From: the human T2T-CHM13v2.0 reference genome, Homo sapiens
DNA length: 64,000 nucleotides
Strand: one strand, 5' to 3'
Assembly (NCBI RefSeq): GCF_009914755.1
Contig: NC_060947.1
Each line of letters begins with the position of its first letter. Within the stretch, counting starts at the first letter, position 1. A model generated the notes under the pieces. It did not search any database and had not been told where the DNA came from. It saw only the letters and a list, made by a program, of their open reading frames with translations. Positions 1-12,830 of the stretch are shown one piece after another. Both the position numbers and the translations under genes were made by a program.

Positions 1-1290
1 GATGTTGGATCAGGCTAGGATGCTGGCAGTAGAGATGGAAAGAAGTTTAATGGTTGAGGAGGGGATGGACTAAAAACAACTTAAAGATGTTGAGTTTAGT
101 TGGGGCTTATGGGTGGACTCAAAAAAAGTTTCTGAGAAGTGGTGGTAATATTTTTGCTGTGCTGAAGAATCAGCAGGAGGTGAGGAAGTAGATAGTAAGA
201 GCGAAGACTTCTCTCAAGCAGTTTGCCTGTTATAGGGAGGAAAGAGGGCAGTAGCTAGAGAGTGATCAGGGGTTGAGGCAATGTTTTTTTATAAGATACA
301 AGAGACTTGAAAACATGTTTAAAGAGAGGGAGAGGCTGAAGATACAGGAGAGGAGGAGAGAGCCAATAGGTCAAGATTCCTAAGGTGGTAGAGGGGAATG
401 GGGCACAGAGCAACAGTGGAAGGATTAGTCACAAGAAAAAGGATACTTCTTCCACTATGACAGAAGAGAAGGAGTGAGGAGAGGACATTTGAAGATGCTT
501 ATGAGTTTGTAGGTGCTTTGTGGCTGGGAGTCAAGGACATTGCTGTCTGGTATCTTCTATTTTGAATGTAGTAGAACATGAAGTTGTCTGCTGAGGGAGA
601 TGGGGAGGAGGGGGTGTGGGAAGGCTGAGGATAATGGTGGTTTGGCAAAACTGCCCCATAAACTTCGAGAACTGACCAGGGAAATGGGATTGTCAGAGAC
701 CATGGAGAACCCAGTAGAGGTTAAGAGTATGAATTTTTAGTGACTCCTGTCTGAGCAACTGTATGAGCCCGGAATTGATATAGTGAAGATGGAGGGTTGT
801 ATTCATTCTGGATTGGGCCTTGGCGGAAGGACAACAAGGCGTATGAGGTGAGGACATTACAGACTAGAGAGTAGGAGACTGGGAATATGGGAACCAGTGT
901 ACAAGTGAAGGGATTGGTTTTAGGCAGAAGGAGAGATATGCCTTCCATTGTAAAAGGAAAGAATGAGGCAAGGCTAGATAAACAATTAGATAAGTTCGTA
1001 GGTTTGGTGGCAATAAATAAGGATTCTCTGTCTGGGGCTTCTGTTTTTATTGTGAAGTAAGATGTGAGGTTATTTGCTAAGTGTGGAGGAGAAGGTAGTC
1101 AGAGGTTTTAGAAGAGGAGAAGAAGTTTGAAAAAGCTCCTGTGGAGACATAAAATAACTATGTATGTGTGTTAAGAGCTCAGTTGAGTTGGGAGGTGATG
1201 AATTTATAGTGTTTCCTTTCTGTGAGGTGGGGTAATGTTCCCCGGTAATGGTCCTCTCTACGTGCAGAAGGAGAGAAAGCAGAGGGATAT
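1..1290. mobile_element. Probable old L2 LINE remnant in ALAS2 intron 6
   Basis: Long purine-rich, CpG-poor stretch with L2-like wording. Heavily diverged; recognised by eye only. Confidence 0.4.
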
Positions 1291-1431
1291 AATTATCCAG
1301 TGTTGAGGATATGCAAGGTGGATAAGAAGGAAGAACAATGGGAGTGAGGGAACTCCAAATACAGGGAAGGAGTGATGGAACCAGTGAAACTGGATGCTGT
1401 ATTGCAGGATACCAGCCCTGAACAAAGCTCA

Positions 1432-1674
<243 letters not shown>

Positions 1675-2176
1675 TCAGGCATCGAGGAACTGGGTAGGTT
1701 TCTCTTCCTTGATGGGAGTCAATGTTGAGTTAGTGATCCTATATAAACTGTGTCCTATGAGACAAAGTAGAGGGAAGGATGGGGAGGATAGGGAGACATG
1801 TGCCTTCCTTCTAGGACTGGAGGTACTCAGGGAGAGAGGGAGAAGCTAGGTTGAGCTTGAGTAGTTTGGAAGACCTAGAGGAAGTCACACTCCATCTCTG
1901 GCAATACTAATTCTGCAGCTAGATTAAAAACTCAGGCAGAGTGGGCCTTGCTTGGTCTCCCATCCTTCCCCTCCATAGCATTGGACACCGAAGAGTTTGG
2001 GAAACATGGTGTGTTGACTTATTTCATATCCAAGGAATAGATATGATGGAGGACCTTGGACAAAAGAAGTGGTGATAGAACCCAAGTTTCCACTGCCAGC
2101 TCTGCCTTTTTTTTTTTTCCATGTGTGGTTTTTCATCTCCTCTGGCCACTGCTGATGGCTGAAAGCCTACTACTCA

Positions 2177-2452
<276 letters not shown>

Positions 2453-3329
2453 CTAGTCTGTATTTTACCCATGTTGCTGATTTTGAGTTCTCCAACTCTT
2501 TTTCCACATATTCATTTATTTGCTCAGTCATTGACTTATGGACCACATTAACTCTCTACTACTTCATTCAGCCATCCTTTTGCTTACTCATTCACTCATT
2601 CACTCAGTAGTTCATTCACACATTCATTTAGACTTTCTTATGGCCTCATCTCTCTTCCCGGGTTGGTGTGGCAGCCTCCTTACTAGAATCACTGCTTTCA
2701 GTCTCACTGGAAGGAGTATCAACAGATCTTGTTTCTAGCGATCTCTTTGCCACTTCCTAGCTGTGTGGCCTTGAACAAGTCATGAATCTTCTTTCTTACT
2801 TTAAATTTCTTTATTTGTAGAATGAGGCTAATAATACTTTCCTTGGAGAGTTGTGAGCATCTGACAACCAACAACATGTAATATATTCAAACTAATAAAT
2901 GGCACATGGTAATAGTAGTATTATTACTGCTATAGTATTAGTAGTCATAATAATACTAATAAAGATAGCTAATATTCAATTACATCATTATAGCTAACAT
3001 TTAATGAATGCCTAGTACATGTAAGTTCTTTCCTAGGAACTTTATAAATATTTAATTTATTCCTCACAACAATGCTCCATGGACAGTTCTATTAGTATCT
3101 CCATTTTACAGATGAGGGAACTGGGGCATTAAGTGTTAGACAACTTGACCAGGGTCATGCAGCAAGTAAGTGTTCATCAAGTAAGTAACTCAGAGCCCAC
3201 TTCTTTAACCATTACCACTACAAAATGGGGTAACTTTATTTCTAGGATAAATTGAAATAACGTTTGCCAAAGAGCTTGTTAAACTCTAGAACTCTTTACG
3301 TGAGACAGAAATCATGTTGCAGACAGCAA

Positions 3330-4130
3330 TTTATATGGCTGCTGGAGGTGCAAACTGGTAACATCCTTGCTGCAGAGATGTTTGGAAATACATATCAAAA
3401 GTTTTTTAAATGCACATACTGACATATCTAGAGAAATATTTGCAGCATACTTAACAGACAAATGATTGATACTCAGAATTTATTATATAATCTCTGAAAA
3501 ATTAACATGAAAAATTTCAACTCAGTAGAAAAATGGGCATAGAATATGAACAGACAATTCAATAAATGTAGAAAAAGATTCTTAATCAGGAAAAATAAAA
3601 CTGGGAAAACAAAATTTCACCTATCAATTGATAAAGATTTAAAGTTTGATAATATCAAGGGCTGGTAAGGGTATGAGACTATGGATACCCTCCTTGATAA
3701 CTGGTACAGCCATGTTGGAGGGCTAATTGACAAAATGTATTAATATCAAAAATGTACACATCCTTACATCCCAAGAATTTCCACCACTGAGTGTTTATCC
3801 TGGAGAAACACTTGCCTGTGTACACAAGGAGATACATTCAAGGATGTTTGTTGCACCACTGTTTGTAATAGAAAAAATTGGAAGCAACCAAATAGAGGAG
3901 TAGCCAAATAATCTCTATTATATCTATACTACAAAATATTTTGAAGCATTGAAAAATAAGGTAGATACATATGTGTTAAAGTGGAAGCATTTCCACAGTA
4001 TATTGTTGAGTGAAAAAAGGGCACAGAGTAAAATATATAGCAAGATATTATTAGGTAAAAATAAAAATTGAAAAAAGTAATACTATACATTTTCTTTGAG
4101 TACATTTGTATGTATGTAAAACCAACCTAC
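3330..4130 (+). mobile_element. Old L1M (L1ME-like) 3' fragments
   Basis: Degenerate L1 ORF2-end/3' UTR phrases (agaaaaatgggc..atatgaacagacaattc; gcaccactgtttgtaatag..ggaagcaacc). Confidence 0.55.
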
Positions 4131-4314
4131 AATCTAAACTGAGAGAATACAAAAAATTGGAAACAACTTAAATTATAGATGCTTGATTAACTGAATGATA
4201 TTGAATCCATACTATACCCATGACATATTTTTAAGTGAACAAAACAGCATAACGAACTCCAGGTAAAATAAGATCACACTTCTAACAAAAGCATGGGTGT
4301 GGTGAAGAGAGCAG

Positions 4315-4317
<3 letters not shown>

Positions 4318-4351
<34 letters not shown>
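4318..4351. repeat. (GT)17 microsatellite, ALAS2 intron 4
   Basis: Perfect dinucleotide run. Confidence 0.95.
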
Positions 4352-4353
<2 letters not shown>

Positions 4354-4832
4354 CCATAGAAAAATATCTGGGAGAAAATATAACAAAAACTTAATGGTGG
4401 AACTCTGCATGACTTAAATTTCCCTCCTTATACTTTCCTGTATATGTTGAAAAATATTTTACCATGAATCATATTCCTTTTACATTAGAAAATAATGTAA
4501 ATGTCATTATGGAAAGGAATATAAACACATATAAGAATGGGGAAAAGGTGCTGTATGAAGGGTGAAAGTTTTTGAGGGAAGCATAGAGAAGAAATAATGG
4601 AAATAAGCCTAATATTTAATGAAGCCTCATTAGAAACACTTCCATAAATGTAATTTCACTTTCTTCTCATGGTAACCTATTGAGGTAGGTATTAAATGCC
4701 ACTGAAGGAAAGTGTCTTACTTGCCAAAACACCTAGATCCAGCAAGTGCCAGCATTAAATTTTAAACTCAAATTTCCTTTGGTTCCAAGGCCCTTCTGTA
4801 CTGTTTCCCCTACTGTGACAGAGGCCCTTTCA

Positions 4833-5012
<180 letters not shown>

Positions 5013-5799
5013 TCATTGGCCGTGAAGAGAATGGGGGAAAAAGAAAGCATGTGTTGTCCTCTTTAAGCTCAATGCAACACATGAAAATTCAAGTTTATAA
5101 GGTAAGGGCAGCTTCTACAGCGAGAAGAAATCTTCTCCAAGGTGAGCTTCTATTTATCCCCCCGAATGGAGACTATTACATTGTTAGGAAACCTTCTATA
5201 AGGTGAATCATACTTCTCTCCACTAGGATTTTCCCTTGGCTCAGGTAACTGGAGCAGCCACCCTGGGTCCTGCATTTAGAAAGTAGATGCAGGATAATGT
5301 ACCTTACTCTTCTTTTCTAAACATCATTAAATTTCAATTTTGAAGTTTTTGTCCTTAATGATATCCCAAAGGGGCCTATGAAAGATGTCAACAGTGTGGC
5401 CATATCTCAAGGGTGATTATCTTGGGTGGTCTGCACTAATTAAGTTGACCTGGGGATCTGCACCCTGGTTAAAGGAGGTACCTACTCCCAGCTCTTTCTC
5501 TTTCATGCAAATCCATATTCTCATAGAGTGGTCTTGCTGAAATGTGGGACCCCAGCCTGTTGGGATCAGTTTAGCCACCTGAAAAAGAGGAGTCAAAATT
5601 CTAGAGGGCTCATCTTAGAATAATGACTAAAAGTTTCAGGAGCCCGTACATATGTGTTTGTCAGGTATGGTGTGCTTCAGCATACAGCCTAAACTGTTGC
5701 CTACCATGGCTCCCCTGGAAAGACTGGACTTCTCATCATGGGATGTGTACTGGCTGCTTTTGTATTAGCCTAGCTCAGGACTGTGACGTAGTGTGTTCA

Positions 5800-6006
<207 letters not shown>

Positions 6007-6453
6007 TCATAAGTTCAGCTCAACAATAATTGCTGAGATCTAATGTACCCCTAAAGCCCTATCTCAGGCTATTGTAGAGACACAGAGATAGATGAGTCTG
6101 GTCCCTGTGCTAGGGGAGCTACTAAACTGGTGGGAATGGCATACACTGAAGACACATTGTGAACAGTGCTGGGATAGAGGAAGTACATGGGCTACAGAAG
6201 TCCAGAAGAGGGAGGGGAAATGAGCCAGAATTGGAATTAGACAGTTTGGAGGTCTAAGCAGGCTTTGCAGAGGAGATGATGGCCAAGCTTAGTGTCAAAT
6301 GAGAAGTATGAGATTCTCCAGTACAGGGTCTAGGAGAGGGTAATCTGACAGGAGCAAAGGCACAAACTCTTGACAGAATAGTTGATTTAGGCAATTTTAA
6401 GTAGTTTCAGCATGTCTGGAGTATAGTGTGTGAGGGACATGACAGTGAGACTG

Positions 6454-6757
6454 TTTCTTTTCTTTTCTTTTCTTTTCTTTGACAGATTCTCGCTCTGTTG
6501 CCCAGGCTGGAGTGCAGTGGCATGATCTTGGCTCACTGCAACCTCCGCCTCCTGGGTTCAAGCAATTCTCTGCCTCAGCCTCCCAAGCAGCTGGGATTAC
6601 AGGCGCCCACCACCACTCCTGGCTAATTTTTTTATTTTTAGTAGATATGGGATTTCACCATCTTGGCCAGGGTGGTCTTGAACTCCTGACCTCGTGATCC
6701 ACTCGCCTCGGCCTCCCAAAGTGCTGGGATTACAGGCGTGAGCCACTGTGCCTGGCC
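6454..6757 (-). mobile_element. AluS-type SINE in ALAS2 intron 2
   Basis: Full dimer with (TTTTC)n tail. Degenerate TSD gacagtgagactgtttct / gagaatgagactctttct. Confidence 0.93.
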
Positions 6758-6898
6758 GAGAATGAGACTCTTTCTAGAGAACCTGGCAGAAGACAGATTC
6801 TGGGTATATTTTGGGGCCAGTTCATGCTATCTTGACACTTTTCACATGAACCGTCCTAATTATTAGGCAAAGATGGCCAGTATAACTTGGAACTTTTA

Positions 6899-7378
<480 letters not shown>

Positions 7379-9299
7379 TCAGAAAGCCTGGATTCTGACT
7401 CACATTCTGGCACTGACTACCTCTGTGATGATGAGGATCACTGAAATGTGTTTTTGTGTGGCAGGATGAGAACTGCCAACCCACTAACCCTTTGATCAAT
7501 ACTTAAGGCCAAGAATCTTTCTAAGAATGTTGGTCTTAGCCAAGTGAAGATTCAGCCTGCTAATGCAAACATATGTCATTGAGTAGAGCTCCTGAGGCTT
7601 GGCCCAGGGTGTTTCCTAAGCAGGATCAGCCAGAGGGGAGAAGGAGCTTGAGGTCACATGTATCAGTTTAAGGAAATCAAGGGATCCGGAAGGAAGGGTA
7701 GGCCCTAGGTCCTACAGAATGTGTACCACCAGCCTGATATTATGCTGTCTTTGAATTTGCTCCTGTCTCTTGGATAAGCACAGATATAGGAAGAGGTGAA
7801 AGCAAGTCCCAGTGGGGCTGGAAAACAGGGACAAAGACATAGTCTATGGATTAGTGAAACAGGCAGAGGCCAAGACAGAGAAGAGAAAGGGGGCAAAGAG
7901 ATCAGAAAAAGAGAAAGCAAATGACACACAGGCACTCAATAAATATTTGTTGAATTTTGGGGTAAATTGATGAATGAACAGAGTCTGAAATTGAGGAAGG
8001 AGAAGGGACTAGGAGAAAAGCCAGAAGAAAAGAAAATTTAGGAAAGATAAAAGGAGGAAAGTAGAGAGAGAACAAAGATGTGGTGGTGGTGGTAGAGTTA
8101 AAAGAACAGAAATTGAGGGGGAAAAAGAGATCAAAGGTAGAGGGAAAGGGAGCAGGGTAGAGATGAAAACAGAGATTGAGTCGAGAGAAAGAGAAAATGA
8201 AAAAAGAAAAAGGGGGTGGTGATAGTGCACACAGGGATAAAGGCAGAGACAGATAGACCAAGGGGCACGAAAGGGACATGAGGAGGGATCAATGAGTCTA
8301 GAGGATTATACAAAGATTCATAGAAGTGAGAACAGGAGTGGAGAGGATCCAGCAGGGGTAGAGAGTCAGTCAGACACAAACATAAAAAAATGCTGCCAGA
8401 AATTGCAAAAGGCTAAGTAAGTTTAGGGAAGAGAATCATGGCCCTAATTGAGGGAGATGAGAGAGAGACTGAGGGACAGAGAGAAGAGAGTAGAGAAAAT
8501 GACAAGATCAAAGGATAGAGACAGAGAGGTGACTAAAGCAGGGGGATGAGGGTTAAGAGGGGTGAGAGCTGAGAGACACCAAGAGAAAGACAGCTAGAGA
8601 GAGCAAGAAGGAGAGACAGATGTAAAGAAAAAGGGCAAATTGGAAAGACAGAGTCAAAAAGTGAGACAAGATAAGGGACAGTACAATGGGAGAGACATGG
8701 GAGAATGTGAGAAGACTAAAGCACTGACACTGTGAAGAAAGTTACTGAGTAAAATCTACTAGCACCCTCAGCCTTATGTTTTGAGGGACAGGTCAGCTCA
8801 TGGCCCTGCCCTCATATGGCAACCTCCTTCATCTCCCTCCCTTCCTGATCTCATAGAACAAGCACCCTCCCCGTACCTCACAAAACAACCTCTTTTTCTT
8901 GTTCCATCCCAGAGCAACCTCTCCCCCTCTCATGGGCTGTCACAGCAGCCTGGGTTGGTATGTGGGGCCAAGGCATGTGGGCCCTGAAATTGGAAAAGAC
9001 AGAAGGGTTGTTGGAGGGACTAAATGAAACAATCCAAGTTAAGCCTTTAGTATAGTTTTTGGCACATAGTAAATCTTCAATAAATGTTAGCTTTTCTTAT
9101 TAAAATTCCAGCTCTCCAATTTCATTGTTGGATGTTCTTGTTCAAATCACTTCCCCTCTCTGGATCTTGGCCTTCATCAGCTGTCAAACGTGAGGTAATT
9201 ATGGCCACTTCACAAGGTAGGTAAGGAATTGGATCCAGTGCCTACCTCATATCTGGAGATATGTGTTTCCCTTCCCCTGCCTGCTTGTGAAAGCTAAAG

Positions 9300-9400
9300 C
9301 ACTTGGGGCTGAGCCTGCAGACCACAGATAAAGTTGCCAGAGTTTATCGCCATTGGGGTCTGACCACTCCCCAAGCTGAGACCAGGGCGTGGGAGAGAAG
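9300..9400. promoter_or_regulatory. ALAS2 intron-1 erythroid enhancer (GATA1/TAL1/KLF1 module)
   Basis: CTG-N8-AGATAA composite at 9315-9331, second GATA (CGATAA, minus strand) at 9344-9349, KLF1-type CCACGCCCT at 9384-9392 (minus strand). The GAT core lies 2186-2188 nt upstream of exon 2, matching my recollection of the c.-15-2186/-2188 sideroblastic-anaemia site. Confidence 0.9.
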
Positions 9401-9967
9401 AGGAGCCCCTTCCTGGAATCACGTCTGAGCATCTGGCTAGAGCTGGCCCTGGCTATTGGTGGTAAGAAATGGATGGCCCAGAAGTGCAGGCAAGGCAGAT
9501 GACAAGGCTCCAGGCTCCTGTAAACTCCCCTAACATCAATACTGGCAACAATAATGCCAACAACATTGGGGTATGTAGTGGGAAGGAAAGCCCCCAATAT
9601 TGGAGGCAAAGTCCAGTCCTGCCTTGGGATGGTGGAGAAGACCTACCTCCTGTATATAAAAACAGGAGAAATTAACACACATCATTACTAGGGGGCTTTT
9701 GGCCATGATATGCTCAGGGTCCTGGGAAAATATAGACCACTTCTTGGAATTTGTTGAATTCTCAAGTTCTTTCAAGCTCCTGTTCTCATTTCTCTTGTTC
9801 TGTTACTCCTTTCCTGAAATTTGCTCTGCCTCACTCTGCCTGGCCATCATTATACCCATGACCTTGTAGTCTAGTTACCATGGGCTCTGTTTCTATTCCA
9901 TCTCATTACCTACCAAGAGACTAGAGTGAGTAAAATTGAATCAAGGAAGCATTTTAGTCAATTTAGG

Positions 9968-10210
9968 GTATAAAGAGTATAGGCTCTAGAGCCAAACTAC
10001 TTGGGTTTGAATCCTGGCTCCACCACTCACTAGCTTTGGGACCTTAGAAAAGTCACTTCCCTGCTGTACATCTTATATCTGGAAAATGTTGGTAATAACA
10101 AGGACAATCTGCATCACAGGAATGTTGTGAAGATTCAGTAAGATAATCCATATAAAGCATTTAGCAGAGTACCTATCCCAGAGTAAACAGTAAAAAAGTG
10201 TTAAATATTA
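9968..10210 (+). mobile_element. MIR SINE
   Basis: MIR core: ctctagagccaaactacttgggtttgaatcctggctccaccactcactagc... Confidence 0.7.
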
Positions 10211-12067
10211 TATTTAATTGATAGACTTTATTATTTTTATTTTCTCCATTTCCCATGTAGAAAAAATGAACGTACAGCCAAGGGAAGTCACATGAATATA
10301 CCAGGCTGGGTTTGGGAAGCTAGAGAATTGATTCTTGTCCCAATCCTGTTACAATTTATTGTGTGAACTTGGGCTCTGTAATTCCCCTCTCTGGGCTTCC
10401 GTTTCTCCACTGACATTGGACTAGATAATTTCATAGATTCCGCCTAGTTCTGATAGTCAAACACTTACAGAGCCCTCTGTGCCAGGCCGTGTTCTCATGT
10501 CAACCCTGTGATGATAGGGAAACTGAATCCCAAAAAGATTAAGTAACCTGTCTAGATCAGAAAGCTAGTACATAGGAGAAGCAGGATTTGAACCTAGGCA
10601 ATCTGTTTCCAGAGATTCCTAACTTAACCATTATGGATCTGTGATTCAAATATTACTACCTTTTTTTCTTGACTGAGGGCCTGACTCTAGACATTTATCT
10701 CCTCTGCTGCACTAACATAGGCCTCTTTCCAGGTCATATGCCATTTGTCACCAATGCCTTACCAAAGGAACAGATCTGTAACTACAGTGGAATTTCAGGT
10801 ACTGTTGAATATTCATTTACTCTACCATTCAATAACTTATGTACCTAATGTGTGATAATGCTTGCCAGGCATCTTCTTAAAACAATACTTTTAACCAAAG
10901 AGATGATGGTGAAATTTGAGACCAAGTAACAGATCATTACTGAAAGTTTTTCCCTACGACTTTAAAATCCTCTCTTGTGTCAGCACCCAATCTGTACTCC
11001 CAGAGGTGAAAAGGGCCAACTGCAACTCTACCCCAGCAGACAGCCAGAAAACACTCATTGCAGCATTCCTTGTCCCCCACCCCCCCACCCCTTTTGTGGC
11101 CTGCTTTGCAAAAGTCAATTAGGTCTGGAAGGGAAGTGGTAATTTCTCTTCAGGAGTTGGAAACATCAGGCCTTACTTCTCTTCCTAGTACCCCTTTCCC
11201 ACCATGAAAGAATCATACAGAACTTTAGATAACTGTAATCAGAGAATCAGAAATTCTTAGAAACAGGAAAATTTAGAAGATCACAAAATCAAAACTAGAA
11301 AGGGTGGTGGAAATTACAGGCCAAGCCTTTTTTTCAGAGAGTGAATGACTTGCCTAGGGTCTCACAGTGAATTAGGATGAGAATAGAAATCTGTTTACTT
11401 TCTGTATAGTGACACTACATTCCTCTTCCACTTTCTTCACTTATTTCTGCTAATTATTCATCTCTCAATTCCCCAAATCTCTCCTTACCCAATTCATCAT
11501 TCCCATCACCCCCACATCCTCTTAGTTTCCCTCCCTAGCTCTTCCCCCACCCCTAGGCTCCCCATGGGCTCTGACCCACTGAGCTCTGCTGTCAGCCCAG
11601 CAGGTAGAGGGAGTCAAAGGGAGAGAGGAATGGGGAATTGCAGGAAGAAATATTAAGCCATCGTTCTTGATAGAGAGGAAGAGAGAGACAGAAACACAGA
11701 GACGGAGAGATACAAAGCCGAGGAAAGAGACAAAAAGGGGGAGAGAAAGAAATTTAGAGAAAAAGATAGTTAGAATTCAGAGGGAAAAATAAGAGAAAGC
11801 AAGAGTGTCAGAGAATGATGAAATGAAATGAATGATCTTGAAAACTAACAAAAGAAAGTAACGAAGGGAAAAAGAGAGAAAAAAGCTGAAAATGAGGAAA
11901 GACAGAAAGAGACATGGGAGATAAAAAGAAAATGAAAAAGAGACAGATTCTAAGAAACAAACAAAGGAAAAAGTCAGATCTACTCAGACCAGAGAGTCAG
12001 TGTGTACAGCCCTGAGAGACCAGCTGGCAGACCAGAGATAGGGTGCCAGGCTGAAAGCAGCTCTTAC

Positions 12068-12104
12068 CTGTTGCCCTGCACTGAGGACGAACGAATGACA
12101 GGTG
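12068..12104 (-). other. ALAS2: ALAS2 non-coding exon 1 (5' end approximate)
   Basis: Reads CACCTGTCATTCGTTCGTCCTCAGTGCAGGGCAACAG|gtaagag on the minus strand, with a strong donor at 12067. Start inferred from the GATA/TATA-like element ~25-30 nt upstream. Confidence 0.88.
12070..12092 (-). promoter_or_regulatory. Iron-responsive element (IRE) in the ALAS2 5' UTR
   Basis: GUU-C-GUCCU-CAGUGC-AGGGC-AAC: canonical CAGUGN loop (12078-12083), 5-bp upper stem, unpaired C, lower stem. Confidence 0.96.
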
Positions 12105-12235
12105 GGTACTTGGGTTAGGACCTGGCATTTATCCCTTCTCCTCTGACTCAGCCCCACCCACCCTGCCTTCTGCCGGCCTGGCCCTGCATTGGCCCCAAAG
12201 GTATCTCAGTCCCTTCCTTGCTAGAGATAAAACCC
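12105..12235 (-). promoter_or_regulatory. ALAS2 erythroid proximal promoter
   Basis: Non-canonical TATA/GATA GGATAAAT (12127-12134), AP-1/NF-E2-like TGACTCAGC (12144-12152), CACCC boxes (12153-12163), CCAAT (12188-12192), GATA sites at ~12201-12206 and 12225-12230. Confidence 0.88.
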
Positions 12236-12599
12236 AAAGTAGCCCCTCCCTCTAGTGTACCCCCTCCCCCAGCTCTGGCTCTTCCCTATTTTCTTCTCTC
12301 TATAGGACAGTAAAATTAGCTCATTTGGGCTTTGGAATCAGACCATCCACATAGAGCTGGGATACCTTGAGCAAAACCACCTCTCTGACTATAGATCTCC
12401 TCAACTATAAAAGGAGGGCAATAAAACCCAGAAGTGACTGTGGCACAAGTTGGGAGGGCTCTGGAGTCAGACCTAGAATACAGTGTTGTGCTTATGAGCT
12501 CAAACAGTCAGCTTCCACAGACTAGATCCCCGGTTGTTGTAACAATTTGGTAATATCATGTATGGAAAACGCATACCACAGTGCCTGGCCCAAATAAAT

Positions 12600-12830
12600 A
12601 ACACCTACTGTTGACTGAGTGCTTACAATGCACCAGACCCTTCACTAAGTGCTTTACATGAATTAATTTAGCCACATAAGGACCTTAAAAGATAGGTACT
12701 ATTATCCCTATGTTACAGATGAAGAAACTGAGGCTCAGAGAGGTGAGGTAACTTGTTGATAATTACCCAACTAGAAAGTACAGAGCCCGCCTATGAACCT
12801 AGGCAATGTAGTTACAGAACCCACACTCTT
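12600..12830 (-). mobile_element. MIR SINE upstream of the ALAS2 promoter
   Basis: ttacagatgaagaaactgaggctcagagaggtgaggtaacttg core. Confidence 0.75.

Noticed and set aside
7705-8379. Hydrophobic F/L/S-rich ORFs in ALAS2 intron 1
   Set aside because: Translation artefacts of a GA-rich low-complexity tract.
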